A stretch of 36,789 nucleotides of DNA. Origin: a virus (taxonomy: Duplodnaviria; Caudoviricetes). The position numbers and the translations under genes are program-made. The stretch's first letter is position 1, and every line of letters starts with the position of its first letter. Below, piece after piece: positions 1 to 9,981 of this stretch. The stretch is from IMG/VR virus record IMGVR_UViG_3300020165_002742, positions 1 through 36,789 of that record. The stretch is one strand, 5' to 3'. The notes below the pieces were generated by a model. It was not told the DNA's origin and made no database searches. It worked only from the letters and a program-made list of their open reading frames with translations.

Positions 1-216
1 AACTGGTACCGAACCGGCAACAGCTAGCCCAGCAGTCATGCCCATTTGCATTTCTTCATCAACTGGCATCTCCACTAATTTGCTTTTATCAACATCTGCG
101 AGCGTATTGGTCATTGCGGTGCCCTTGTAGGCTACAGCTTGTCCTATAAACAGTGTGTCTTCTTGCTCTCCAAGATAAGTCATCGCTCTTTTTAATTCAT
201 CAAAATAAGCTCCCAT
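1..216 (-). CDS. TPP-dependent E1-beta/transketolase pyrimidine-binding subunit (partial, runs off the left end)
   Basis: ATG at 214-216 overlaps the E1-alpha stop; reads MGAYFDELKRAM...FIGQAV...LVEMPVDEEMQMGMTAGLAVAG. Confidence 0.85.
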   Translation of the reverse strand, partial: MGAYFDELKRAMTYLGEQEDTLFIGQAVAYKGTAMTNTLADVDKSKLVEMPVDEEMQMGMTAGLAVAGSVPV

Positions 217-827
217 TAGAATTGTACTCTCTTTCCAGCACCAGCGTGCGGGTATTTGTCTAATTTATATTTATAATATGTGATATATTCATCATTTACA
301 TCTTCATAAGTAAGTTTTTCCATGCCCCAAGTAGCCCTAGTATCGGTGCATACTGACTTTCCATTGTCTTCAACAATAAAATGAATTGGTAACTTGTGGT
401 TTCTGGCGTATTTGATACATTCGTGAGCAACACCTGTTTCAGATGTCATCTCTCCCATAAAACAGTATACCTTGTTTTCGCCACCTTTTCTCTTGATATC
501 CATAGCAATCCCTATGGAAATTGGTAGTACCCCGGTGACTATACCGGATGATAATACTCTATATTTTGAGAAACATAAAGAAATAGATCGTCCTTGTAAA
601 ATTGCTGATTTGAGTTCGTCTTTTGGTACTCCCTTTAATAAGCATTGATAATGGCTCCTCCACGAACACAACACCCAGTCATCAGGACCTATATTGTGAT
701 CTTTAAAGACTTTAATTATTTGGTCTTCGTTTCCATTATAAAGGTGGACAGGGGCGCGAATCATAGCAGCGTCAAAGCATTCAGCCATTTCTGTTTCAAA
801 TTCAATTAATTCTTTTTTTGTTAACAC
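216..827 (-). CDS. Short TPP-dependent E1-alpha-like subunit
   Basis: HLYNGNE, SWRSHYQCLLKG, SGIVTG and a TPP-motif variant GEM...FIVEDNG; paired with the beta subunit. Confidence 0.85.
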   Translation of the reverse strand: MLTKKELIEFETEMAECFDAAMIRAPVHLYNGNEDQIIKVFKDHNIGPDDWVLCSWRSHYQCLLKGVPKDELKSAILQGRSISLCFSKYRVLSSGIVTGVLPISIGIAMDIKRKGGENKVYCFMGEMTSETGVAHECIKYARNHKLPIHFIVEDNGKSVCTDTRATWGMEKLTYEDVNDEYITYYKYKLDKYPHAGAGKRVQF

Positions 828-2336
828 TTAATCTCCTAGAATTTTTCTTTTAAGTTTTATTTTGGTCATGTCTTCAATGCCGGTGCGTGTTGGCAAACCA
901 AACTTACGTTCTATCATATCAAGATATTCAGCATTTTTATAGTATTTTAGGAATGCTTCATCTCTAAATTTTAAAACTTCCGCTGATCCTATGTGTTTGG
1001 TCGGCAATGGCATAGTTTCATACGAGTGCTGGGAGTACCCAACATAAGTGCTTGGTAGCTCCCAGTTTTCTTTTAGCGCATCCAAATACAGTTTAGATCC
1101 TGGGTAGGCCATGGCTGAATAGAAATTAGCAAATTCGCAGTTGAGTTCAAGAGACATGTCTAATGTATCTTGCATTGTTTCTATATTGTCCTCTGGTAGT
1201 CCAAAAATGTAATTGCCTATAACATTAATTCCGTGGTCTTGAATTTTCTCTACTAAGTCGCGAATGTTAACTTCGGTAAATTTACCTTTAACAACGTCTT
1301 TCCTTACGACTGTATTACCTGATTCAATCCCAAGTGCAAGCCAATTCACTCCTGCTTTTTTCAAAGTATCAAGATACTGTTCTTTTACGGTATCGATCCT
1401 TGCGTATGCCCAGATGTTAAAGTCGTAACCTCTTTCGTGTATTAGGTCGCACAACTTCATAAAATGATTTTTATAAAGAACGAACATTTCATCTGCTATT
1501 TTTACATTTCGAATGCCCATGTTGTGAATTTGTTCAAATTCCTTAATTATATATTCGGGTTCCCAGAATCTAAATTTGTTGCGGCCATAGTCCCAGTTTT
1601 CCAAGTTGTTGTTTCCGAATGGTGCGTTAATGCAGCAAAAACTACACTTAAAAGGGCAGCCTAAACTTGTATATAGCGAAGCGAAGGGGGTGCGATCATC
1701 GCCATTCGTCATAGCATGCCAGTTTGCTGTTCGATATTTATCCATAGGCAACAGATCCCAAGCCATTCCGGGCAGCACGCGTGATAATTCTTCTTGAGGT
1801 ACAATTGGGGCGGGCTTTGTGCAGACTATCTTGTCTTCTTCTCGATACCACAGTCCGGGTACCTTCGATAGTTCGCTGGTGTCATTCATGTTTACACTAA
1901 GCAACGCATTGACTGTGTGAACTCCCTCACCCTGGCACACAAAATCAGATTGTTCTTCTTGGAGCGTCTGTCGCGAGACTGCTGAGGGATGTAACCCTAT
2001 TAGAACGGTCTTTAAATCACCGTTGCGGCCTTTTAACTCAGATAGAAGGGCATTGGTGCCAGCCATGTTTTGTGTGGAGGCAGAAGGCTGCTGGCCATAA
2101 ATAACAATTGCTACCAATCTAGGATTGTAGCTAATTATGGCTTCTGCTGACTCGGCCGCATTTAATTTTTCAGCTTCGCAGTCTATTATCTTAGTTGACC
2201 ATCCGTTAACTCTGGCGTTGTTGGCCAAAAGAGCAGCCCAAATTGGTGGTTCGATTGCTGAATATGTTTTACTTAATTCTTGATAAATAATTGGTGCACC
2301 GTTTGGGTGTACGAATAATACGTCTAATTTCTTCAT
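828..2336 (-). CDS. B12-binding radical SAM protein (class B methyltransferase-like)
   Basis: GCPFKCSFC motif, N-terminal cobalamin-binding region (IGLHPSA, CQGEG), GIESG, YIFGLP; start moved to MKKLDV after AGGA. Confidence 0.9.
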   Translation of the reverse strand: MKKLDVLFVHPNGAPIIYQELSKTYSAIEPPIWAALLANNARVNGWSTKIIDCEAEKLNAAESAEAIISYNPRLVAIVIYGQQPSASTQNMAGTNALLSELKGRNGDLKTVLIGLHPSAVSRQTLQEEQSDFVCQGEGVHTVNALLSVNMNDTSELSKVPGLWYREEDKIVCTKPAPIVPQEELSRVLPGMAWDLLPMDKYRTANWHAMTNGDDRTPFASLYTSLGCPFKCSFCCINAPFGNNNLENWDYGRNKFRFWEPEYIIKEFEQIHNMGIRNVKIADEMFVLYKNHFMKLCDLIHERGYDFNIWAYARIDTVKEQYLDTLKKAGVNWLALGIESGNTVVRKDVVKGKFTEVNIRDLVEKIQDHGINVIGNYIFGLPEDNIETMQDTLDMSLELNCEFANFYSAMAYPGSKLYLDALKENWELPSTYVGYSQHSYETMPLPTKHIGSAEVLKFRDEAFLKYYKNAEYLDMIERKFGLPTRTGIEDMTKIKLKRKILGD

Positions 2337-2343
2337 TGTTGTC

Positions 2344-3273
2344 CTAATAATTTGCGTACCATGGCGATTCAATAATGTTGTAAGCCGTGATAAGTTGTTT
2401 GATCCCATCGTCTAGATCGTACTTGCACTCAAAACCAGTGTCATAAAACTTTTGGCTACTGACTGTGTAATCACGAGTATCTGGATCGGTGGTAAATTCT
2501 GCTTTGATGATTTCTAGCGGAAGATGCTCTTGAATCTTTTGCGCTAATTGAAGTTTGTTCATGTTGAGTGCGTCATTGCCCATATTGTATGTGTCATTTT
2601 TGACGACTTCCCAGTTGTTGATGACCCATCTAAAAGCGCGGCAAACATCTTGTAGATGGCCGTAGTTTCTCATGAATTCGCACTCATAAAGAACTAAAAC
2701 ACGCTCTCTGAGTGCTTTGAGAACAAAGTTGTTAACTAGCAGGTCGGTTCTCATTCTAGAGCCGGGCCCAAATACTGTTGCCAATCTAAAGGTAACATGA
2801 TTTTCAACGTTTTTATATTCGCGTTCACCTGCCACCTTTGTTCTACCGTATAAGGATACAGGATTTAAGGGAGATTCTTCAGTGACTACAGAGCCATCGG
2901 CACTTGTTCCATATCCAGAATTAGTGCACGGGTAAATAACCAATTGATCTACTGATTTGTTTTTTGCAATCCAAGCATTTACCTCATGATTGATTTCGTG
3001 GGCCCCGCGCACATCTTTATCACACAAAGGGAACCCAACCAGAGCGGCTAAGGGGATAATAACGTCAGCTTTGTCGACATGTTTCTTTAACAGCCCCAGG
3101 TCCCTAACATCTCCTTTCACAAAAGAGAAATCAGGGTTGTTTGTATATCTTAATAATGATGTGGGATCGTACATTAGGTTATCATATGCAACAACCCTAT
3201 GTCCATCATCAAGTAAGTATTGAGTCAGCTCACTTCCGATATATCCGGCGCCGCCTGTAATTAATATATTCAT
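2344..3273 (-). CDS. NAD-dependent NDP-sugar epimerase/dehydratase
   Basis: MNILITGGAGYIGS, YGRTK catalytic motif, FRLATVFG; start moved to MNIL. Confidence 0.92.
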   Translation of the reverse strand: MNILITGGAGYIGSELTQYLLDDGHRVVAYDNLMYDPTSLLRYTNNPDFSFVKGDVRDLGLLKKHVDKADVIIPLAALVGFPLCDKDVRGAHEINHEVNAWIAKNKSVDQLVIYPCTNSGYGTSADGSVVTEESPLNPVSLYGRTKVAGEREYKNVENHVTFRLATVFGPGSRMRTDLLVNNFVLKALRERVLVLYECEFMRNYGHLQDVCRAFRWVINNWEVVKNDTYNMGNDALNMNKLQLAQKIQEHLPLEIIKAEFTTDPDTRDYTVSSQKFYDTGFECKYDLDDGIKQLITAYNIIESPWYANY

Positions 3274-3575
3274 AATTCTATTTTTCCTGTAATAATATCT
3301 TTGAGCATTACCCAATCGCAGGCCTTGGCCCAAAGGGGCTTAGAAAATGCTGCTGGTTTATTCTTTTCAAAAAAGAAATGACCCGACCATGCAAATGGGT
3401 AAACTATAAAAGGAGTTAGTAAGAGTAGTGGCCACAAACTTTTAGATACTACAAAAGCAATAAATGCTATAGTAGCTATTTGCCCTATAACATGTAATCT
3501 TCGCGTCCACCTGTTTTTGTGTAACGTTAGGTAATATTCATAATATTCCCCAAAAGTCATGTTATTCTCGCTCAT
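3270..3575 (-). CDS. Mpo1/DUF962-family membrane protein
   Basis: YLTLH..TRRLHVIG, YPFAWSGHFFFEKNKPA, DWVM signature. Confidence 0.85.
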   Translation of the reverse strand: MSENNMTFGEYYEYYLTLHKNRWTRRLHVIGQIATIAFIAFVVSKSLWPLLLLTPFIVYPFAWSGHFFFEKNKPAAFSKPLWAKACDWVMLKDIITGKIEL

Positions 3576-3978
3576 TCCAACTAATCTCCCAGTCTTTAAA
3601 ATCGGCGGCTAAACAATCAATCTTATAATCTTTGCGGCCGCCGGCCAATTCTTGAATCTTATTCTTAGCAATATTTCTTATACCATTCAGGCCGTGGGTT
3701 AATTCAAGATCGTTACCATCTTTTATACCCTTTCGGTAGTTGGTCTCATTGTGCCAGATGTGAAGATTCATTTGTGACAAGACAACAAGGGCCCTGATAG
3801 CCTTTGCATCCATTATAACATCTTTGTCTTTAAGCGTCAAGTCAATATCATGCAAAATATCTGATATCTCTTGGCCGTACTCTTTTTTGTGCTCAGTTAT
3901 AAACACTTCTTTTAATTGTGCAATTGATAATCTATCAATTAATTCCGATAATGTCGGAAGGTATTTTCTCTCACTCAT
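3562..3978 (-). CDS. Hypothetical helical protein of glycan clusters (DUF4254/DUF6165-like)
   Basis: LSELIDRLSIAQLK...NLHIWHNE...NGIRN pattern; overlaps both neighbours. Confidence 0.6.
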   Translation of the reverse strand: MSERKYLPTLSELIDRLSIAQLKEVFITEHKKEYGQEISDILHDIDLTLKDKDVIMDAKAIRALVVLSQMNLHIWHNETNYRKGIKDGNDLELTHGLNGIRNIAKNKIQELAGGRKDYKIDCLAADFKDWEISWNERE

Positions 3979-5626
3979 GTTGTTGTCCTAATCCTTGTTG
4001 GAAATAATTTTTATATTGGTTAAAGTTTCTCTCACCGAATATATGTTCATATTGAAAAAACACTGTTGCTTCTTCTTTTATTCTTTCTGCTGCATACTCA
4101 CTGCTTGTCGACAAACCCTCATTGTTGTAATAATACAAGCCCAGAGGTGTGTCAATTTTTTTAAATTTTGAATCGTTGTCCACCATTCTTAAAAACATAT
4201 CCCAGTCTCCAGCGTATTTCATGTCCTCATCGAAGAGGCCTGCTTTTTGGTGTACGCTGAGTTTCCACATTGGCATAGGTCCAGGTAAACATTTGATCAT
4301 ATTCTCTCTAGTAAAATCATTTATTGAATGTTCATACTTCTGGCCATTTGAGCTATTATCACAAAAAGTCTCTAGCGGCTTCGTAGTCTGCAAACAGTCC
4401 GAGTAAACTAAGTCGACATCATCAGAAAAATGTAAGTGCTTTGACAGCACCTCTATATATTCAGGGTGGTGTACATCGTCGACACACGCTTGAGCAAAAA
4501 ACTTCCCGGTGGCCATCTGTATTGCCATGTTTTCTGTTTCCATAACTGTCGCACGATAATCAAGTTTTTTATAAACCACGTTTTTATTTTCTTTCATAAA
4601 TGGAAGTATGTGTTTTTCTTCATTCTGTGGCGAATTAGCATTAATTATAATCAACTCGCAAGAATCAAAAAAAGTCTGCTTTTTTATATCAACTAGAAAA
4701 TTTTCAATATATTTTTCAGCATTATATATTGGACAAAATACAGTAACCTTCGGTAACTCCACCGGTGGCATATAATCAACTTGTTCGTTATTGATCATTT
4801 CTTCCCACCTAGAGAATAAAGTATCGTTGTTTTTGATCAAATAACGCAACAGTTCTTCGCCCTTAAGCTTAAAGTAATCTTCGCTAGCAGCACCAAGAAG
4901 TTTGTTTGTGACCAATTTGCATCCTAAGATTCTTGCTTCGACTGATAGCCGGTTATAGGACTCAAGCCATTGTGGAAAAAATACTAAGTTTTTAACTCTT
5001 GATAAATTTTCTATAAACTGCTCATACGGCTGGTGTTCTATAAATTCAAAATTAAGGTTATGCTTCGTGCAAAAATCTATAGCGGCTGGCATGCCTTTGT
5101 TCTTGTTTTGTGAGCGTAACAAGGCAAATTCTATATTCTTTTGCGCATTTAGGTTTTTTTCAAGAGTTTTAAATTGATGGTCAGTCCATATGTTTCCACC
5201 CATATTGACAATATTGGTAAGTAGGGTATTCTTTTGAACAACTTCGGAGTGCTTTTTGCTTTGACATACAGTAGCAAATGCATTTTTATAAAATTCTTTG
5301 TTTATTATTTGGCTCTCAGGAGCTAAAAAATCCTTATACAACGACGGATTGTTTGAATTAATATATTTGTGATCATGCTCGAAAATAACGTATGTTACTT
5401 TAGACAAAGCAGCTTTCGTCTCTTCTGATAAAAGAAAAAAATTGGCTACAATAAAGAACCAATCTTTGTTTTCTTCTATTGTATCTGGTGTTACTAATTG
5501 ACTTTTTAGTAGTTTAACGGAGTATTGTTTTTGTAATAATCTAATAAGCGCGTCATTACAAAATTCAGCTCCGCCTCTAATTTCATTTAAGAAATAATCA
5601 GAGATAAAAACTACTTTTTTAGTCAT
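3971..5626 (-). CDS. Two-domain glycosyltransferase (GT-B-like N-terminus, GT2 C-terminus)
   Basis: GGAE and ESYNRLSVEARILGC in the N-half; VTVFCPIYN, VDD, AGDWDMFLR in the C-half; start at MTKKVVF. Confidence 0.85.
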   Translation of the reverse strand: MTKKVVFISDYFLNEIRGGAEFCNDALIRLLQKQYSVKLLKSQLVTPDTIEENKDWFFIVANFFLLSEETKAALSKVTYVIFEHDHKYINSNNPSLYKDFLAPESQIINKEFYKNAFATVCQSKKHSEVVQKNTLLTNIVNMGGNIWTDHQFKTLEKNLNAQKNIEFALLRSQNKNKGMPAAIDFCTKHNLNFEFIEHQPYEQFIENLSRVKNLVFFPQWLESYNRLSVEARILGCKLVTNKLLGAASEDYFKLKGEELLRYLIKNNDTLFSRWEEMINNEQVDYMPPVELPKVTVFCPIYNAEKYIENFLVDIKKQTFFDSCELIIINANSPQNEEKHILPFMKENKNVVYKKLDYRATVMETENMAIQMATGKFFAQACVDDVHHPEYIEVLSKHLHFSDDVDLVYSDCLQTTKPLETFCDNSSNGQKYEHSINDFTRENMIKCLPGPMPMWKLSVHQKAGLFDEDMKYAGDWDMFLRMVDNDSKFKKIDTPLGLYYYNNEGLSTSSEYAAERIKEEATVFFQYEHIFGERNFNQYKNYFQQGLGQQHE

Positions 5627-6881
5627 ATTCAACCACTTGGTCAAGTACCTCTCGCCACTGACCTTCATCTGCTGTCTGTGTGTATTCTAGCAAAGTCGAG
5701 ACCATTAATTCGTATTGTTTTTCTTGTGAAAACCTCTCTTGTACACTTTGACCAAAAAGGCAAGCATTGAGTGCGTAACTGTCTTCATTATTGTTTTTTA
5801 GATCTTCGTAGCATTCTCTTAGTCTGTTTTTGGTTGATTGTTCACGGGGGTAAGCCCACATCGATTCTTTAATCAAGACGCCGTCCCAAAAAACTTCATC
5901 CGGAATATGTTTCATATCAAATGCGATATTATAAAAGCGCTCTTTGCCTTCTTCATCAACTAAGAAATCTAACTGGCCAGACCAGCCAGTACATACAACT
6001 GGGAGGCCCGTATAGGCTGCTTCAAATATTGGCAATCCAAATCCTTCACCGTGGGCCAAACTAACCAATGCAGATACCTTTTTGTGGCTGTATAACGAAT
6101 GCATTTCTTCGTCCTCCATATCGCCATGAAGAAGGTATACACTACACTTTCTATCTGGATAATTGGCCACAAACTCTTTTAATTGATTTTGTACGTTCGC
6201 TCTGTCCAACAAGCAATTTTTGGCAAGATTGGTTTTAAGAATCATTCCCACTTCGTCATCATGAAATTCTTCGATAAACCACTTTAAAGTATTGATTAAG
6301 TTTTTTCTTGGTCCAAATTGAGCAACAACTAAAAAATTGATATCATTCTTAAAGTCAATATCTAAGTCTGGTAAATCATCAAATTTTTTCGCAGGATAAT
6401 TAACTGTAGTTACTGGTGTAGTAAGTTGAAGCTTTACTTGTTGCTGGGTATTTTGATCTACCCCCATATAGGCGGTCTCTTCGAACACTCTTTTTGCGTG
6501 ATTTGAGACGACAACAATCTTGTCCATCTCGTTACCTTTCGTTAACCATTGATGTGCTACTTTATTAGTCTCAATACCCGCTGTGTATCCTATGTTAACT
6601 GGCGCTAATTGTTCCCATTCATTGGGTATAGTTACTTGAAACGATATATCAAATTGGCCACCCTGCTGGATATATGCTATCGTCTTCTCGATAGTGCCGT
6701 CTAACCACCCTCGATCAATCGAGTTATCGTTAATCCAGGATGTCTGCCCCCATTGCAGTGGCTGTACATAGATATCAAACAAATCTTGTCTATCCATGAG
6801 GGCTCGGAGAGCAAATCTGGATTGTTCTCCGTAACCAGAACGTGTAAGGACTGGTGCCTTAAACAATATTTTCTTTTTCAC
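5619..6881 (-). CDS. Glycosyltransferase family 4
   Basis: SGYG, RKN, HGEGFGLPIFEAAYTGLPVV; GTG start. Confidence 0.9.
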   Translation of the reverse strand: MKKKILFKAPVLTRSGYGEQSRFALRALMDRQDLFDIYVQPLQWGQTSWINDNSIDRGWLDGTIEKTIAYIQQGGQFDISFQVTIPNEWEQLAPVNIGYTAGIETNKVAHQWLTKGNEMDKIVVVSNHAKRVFEETAYMGVDQNTQQQVKLQLTTPVTTVNYPAKKFDDLPDLDIDFKNDINFLVVAQFGPRKNLINTLKWFIEEFHDDEVGMILKTNLAKNCLLDRANVQNQLKEFVANYPDRKCSVYLLHGDMEDEEMHSLYSHKKVSALVSLAHGEGFGLPIFEAAYTGLPVVCTGWSGQLDFLVDEEGKERFYNIAFDMKHIPDEVFWDGVLIKESMWAYPREQSTKNRLRECYEDLKNNNEDSYALNACLFGQSVQERFSQEKQYELMVSTLLEYTQTADEGQWREVLDQVVEYD

Positions 6882-8158
6882 GCTACCTCCATTAAATGCC
6901 AGCGTTTGTATCCTACTCTATTTTCCCAAGAACCGTGTTTCTCGATTATTTCGTCAATCGTATCCACCCATCCTTTTTCATATTTTTCAAAATTGTAATT
7001 TCTCTTTACATGCTCAATCCCAAGCTTACTCATATTGTCATATTTAGTAGAACTCAGTTTAAGAGCTTTCTTCAAAGTACTTATAAAGTCCTTTTTGCTG
7101 ATTCTGTCTTCATAGATATATGGAACTTGTAATGAGCCTATGACTGATTTCGACGCCGGTTGGATTCCCCATCCAAACCAGTTCTTCCCATCAGTTACTT
7201 GTTCTTGCAAGCCACCAGTCATATTAACAATAATTGGTGTGCCACAAGACATTGATTCAAGCGTTGCTAAACCAAACCCTTCCGCGTCTGATATGTTAAT
7301 TGTGAAATCGACAGCATTGTACATTGATGCTAGTTCTTCGGCCGTAACCTTGTTAGTTGACAGCAGTACTTGACCCTCATCTACGTTTAGGTGATGGATG
7401 AGATGCGGTAAATCTTGTCCATGCGGATCTCTGGCGTCTGTGTGCATAATTAAGCTGGCTTTGTCATGACCTACTTCGTCTAAGAACTCTTTAAACCACC
7501 AAATCAGGGTACCACTTTGCTTTCTGCGTGCGTTTCTGTTATTCCAAAAGAATAGCTTTTTATTTTTGTTTTTATCCTTTGAAGTTTCTATCAGTTGCTC
7601 TCTTATAGTCGCCGCATTTTGTTTTTGTTCAACACTAGCAAATTTATAGAATACATTGTCGTTTACTGCGTGTGGTAAATATCTCGATGGCACTTCGGGC
7701 GCTACTGATTTAAGAATTTCATGTGTGACTTTTGAAATACATACAACTTCATCATTAGATTTGTAATAATTAGCATTAAAATACGGCGCCGGGAAATTAT
7801 CCCATACATGATAATAAACCATTGGCAAGAATGGTCGGATCTCGTTTTCAATTTCCCAGAGCCATGTATAGAATCTAGGGTCGGTCATAAACCACAGCAG
7901 GTCTGGTTTTTCCTTCTGTAAAACTGATCTTATTATTTCATGGGTTCCATACCCATCAACCGGGTAGACCACCCAATCTTCGGTATATGGCTCAACCTTT
8001 TGGGGTGTATAATCTGCATGTTGTACTGCACCTCCCAAACAGATAAATTGGTATCTACCAGTTTTGAGAAGCGCCTCAATCATATATTTTGTCTGGGTAC
8101 CCACTCCAGACGGTGATAAAGGGTGATCTGATAGTACAAGTATCTTTTTCTTTTTCAT
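6878..8158 (-). CDS. Glycosyltransferase family 4
   Basis: SGVG, NRNARRK, AEGFGLATLESMSCGTPII..TGGL. Confidence 0.9.
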   Translation of the reverse strand: MKKKKILVLSDHPLSPSGVGTQTKYMIEALLKTGRYQFICLGGAVQHADYTPQKVEPYTEDWVVYPVDGYGTHEIIRSVLQKEKPDLLWFMTDPRFYTWLWEIENEIRPFLPMVYYHVWDNFPAPYFNANYYKSNDEVVCISKVTHEILKSVAPEVPSRYLPHAVNDNVFYKFASVEQKQNAATIREQLIETSKDKNKNKKLFFWNNRNARRKQSGTLIWWFKEFLDEVGHDKASLIMHTDARDPHGQDLPHLIHHLNVDEGQVLLSTNKVTAEELASMYNAVDFTINISDAEGFGLATLESMSCGTPIIVNMTGGLQEQVTDGKNWFGWGIQPASKSVIGSLQVPYIYEDRISKKDFISTLKKALKLSSTKYDNMSKLGIEHVKRNYNFEKYEKGWVDTIDEIIEKHGSWENRVGYKRWHLMEVA

Positions 8159-8165
8159 TTATTCC

Positions 8166-8936
8166 TCAAGGACAGTGTTCTGTCTTATAAAATTTGCAGC
8201 CGTAACCGCCGGTACATGATAAACGATTTTTTATGTAACGTTTATTCTTTATATTGTACAATGCCGTGTTCAAAAGTTTAAGGGCATTTTCTGTTTTTCT
8301 TAATCCGCTTGTTACTCTAAAGAATTCTACTCTATTTTTTTTGGCTGTACGCTTAAGTAGTGCAAAGTGAGTTTCTACGTTCTTTGGATCAATGCCCATT
8401 TTTTGACAAAAGAAGTGCTTGTATAAAGTTAGCTGGTATGTAACAATCTTGTCATTTTTCTTTTTCATATCCCAACCCCATGAACAAGTCTTCCAATCGA
8501 ATATGTGGATTTTACCGTCAGGCGTTGATACAACTGCATCAATATAACCTTTAAAACTATGCTCCTCTTCGTTTTCAATAGGTTCATAGAGCGGCATTTC
8601 AACGGCCATCAATTCGTATTCTTCAAAGTAGTCATCTAATGCCGACTGAATCTCTGGAATGATCTGTTTTCCTTGATCAACCATATCAAGAATTAATTTT
8701 TTGTTTATCTTGATGTCTTCATCTAATTCGGAGATGTTCTTTTTTAGTTCTTTTACAAAAAAGGCTTCGTCAACTTCTTCTTGGAGCAATTTCTTTTCAC
8801 ACACTGAGTGCATTGCTGTTCCAAAAGCAGTATATTCATTGCCCTTGAAACCATCAATTTTATCAACTCTCGTCAATTTATGATAGAACGCGCAAAATTT
8901 CCAGTCTTTCAATTCCGAATACGATATATGGTTCAT
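8166..8936 (-). CDS. PD-(D/E)XK nuclease, Cas4/RecB/AddB-like
   Basis: ISYS, GTAMH, GYIDAV, DWKT, QLTLY; one N-terminal plus three C-terminal Cys (Fe-S staple pattern). Confidence 0.88.
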   Translation of the reverse strand: MNHISYSELKDWKFCAFYHKLTRVDKIDGFKGNEYTAFGTAMHSVCEKKLLQEEVDEAFFVKELKKNISELDEDIKINKKLILDMVDQGKQIIPEIQSALDDYFEEYELMAVEMPLYEPIENEEEHSFKGYIDAVVSTPDGKIHIFDWKTCSWGWDMKKKNDKIVTYQLTLYKHFFCQKMGIDPKNVETHFALLKRTAKKNRVEFFRVTSGLRKTENALKLLNTALYNIKNKRYIKNRLSCTGGYGCKFYKTEHCP

Positions 8937-8961
8937 TTGTTATCTCCAAACTTAATAATAT

Positions 8962-8990
8962 ATTATATTCACTTTAGGCTTAGTTGTCAA
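8962..8990 (-). promoter_or_regulatory. Consensus sigma70 promoter
   Basis: TTGACA (8985-8990), 17 nt, TATAAT (8962-8967), upstream of a GGAGA RBS and the nuclease. Confidence 0.85.
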
Positions 8991-9675
8991 GCCCTAATTC
9001 GCGATCTAACAATAATAATTTTTCATATACTTTTGGAGATATTTTTCTTAAATACTCATGGTTGTCGTTTAAATAATAATCTGTAAACGCGGTGGCGAAG
9101 TATTCTCTTAAAGAAGTTACTGAATACGGACCAAGGAAAATACCCTGTGATAGAGAACCTAACTTTTCATATCCAACTTTTTCTAAAAACAGTTTATCTA
9201 AATCTTCGTTGTACTCTGTGTCCTTCATCAAAGATTTCGGAATCTTAAAACCAGTAGCCCAAAGAATATCATGCAAAGCTACTCTTTTATTTAAGAATTC
9301 AGTTTTTATTTTTTGATCAGCATAGATTTCATATCCATAGCTTTCTTCAACCGAGTGCGCGATTTCATGGACTATATCATCATATAAATCTTCTTCATCA
9401 TCTTGCACATTGGTTATGTATAGCGCGCCATCTTTATAAAACGCGTTTATCGATCTTTCTTCAAATTCTTTAAAATGACCAAATATAATCATTTCTACTT
9501 CATCTCTTAAGTGAGGCGGAATTCTACCTTCTACTTTGGAAACAACCTTTTCCACGTCGATTTCGTCATTTAAAATCGGCTCATTAAAGTAAACATGGAG
9601 TCCTTGCGGTGAATAAAAGCTTTTATTATTCTTCGCCAGACGTTCCTGAGAACTCTGTATGTAATCCTTTAACAT
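8980..9675 (-). CDS. Zinc metallopeptidase-like protein (HExxH)
   Basis: VHEIAH plus downstream REYFATAF..Y, gluzincin/ATLF-like arrangement. Confidence 0.7.
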   Translation of the reverse strand: MLKDYIQSSQERLAKNNKSFYSPQGLHVYFNEPILNDEIDVEKVVSKVEGRIPPHLRDEVEMIIFGHFKEFEERSINAFYKDGALYITNVQDDEEDLYDDIVHEIAHSVEESYGYEIYADQKIKTEFLNKRVALHDILWATGFKIPKSLMKDTEYNEDLDKLFLEKVGYEKLGSLSQGIFLGPYSVTSLREYFATAFTDYYLNDNHEYLRKISPKVYEKLLLLDRELGLDN

Positions 9676-9925
9676 CTTCTAATCCTAATTGGTAGCCTCT
9701 TAAAAAGTTCTCTTCGGCAAAGGCAAACACGAATTCTGGGAATTCTACTGCTAATACTTCTGCTATCATATTAACTGTGACTTCTTCGCAGTCAAGTTTT
9801 TCTCCAACATATTGGACAAGGTATTCTTTCAACGGAGAATCAGTTTCTACTTTCAAAGCCAAAAAAGGATTTTCGTGGGCCTGCTCCTCCGTAATATGTT
9901 TTTGTATGTTTGTGTCTGTTGACAT
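9626..9925 (-). CDS. Hypothetical protein
   Basis: AAGGAG RBS; putative TTTACA-16-TATTAT promoter at 9948-9975. Confidence 0.7.
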   Translation of the reverse strand: MSTDTNIQKHITEEQAHENPFLALKVETDSPLKEYLVQYVGEKLDCEEVTVNMIAEVLAVEFPEFVFAFAEENFLRGYQLGLEDVKGLHTEFSGTSGEE

Positions 9926-9981
9926 TAGTTACTCCTTATATATTAATATAATAACACGTTATTTTACATTGTAAAGTAAAA

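Noticed and set aside
8166-8936. cas4 of a CRISPR-Cas locus
   Set aside because: No other cas genes or array; solo Cas4-like nucleases are common in phages
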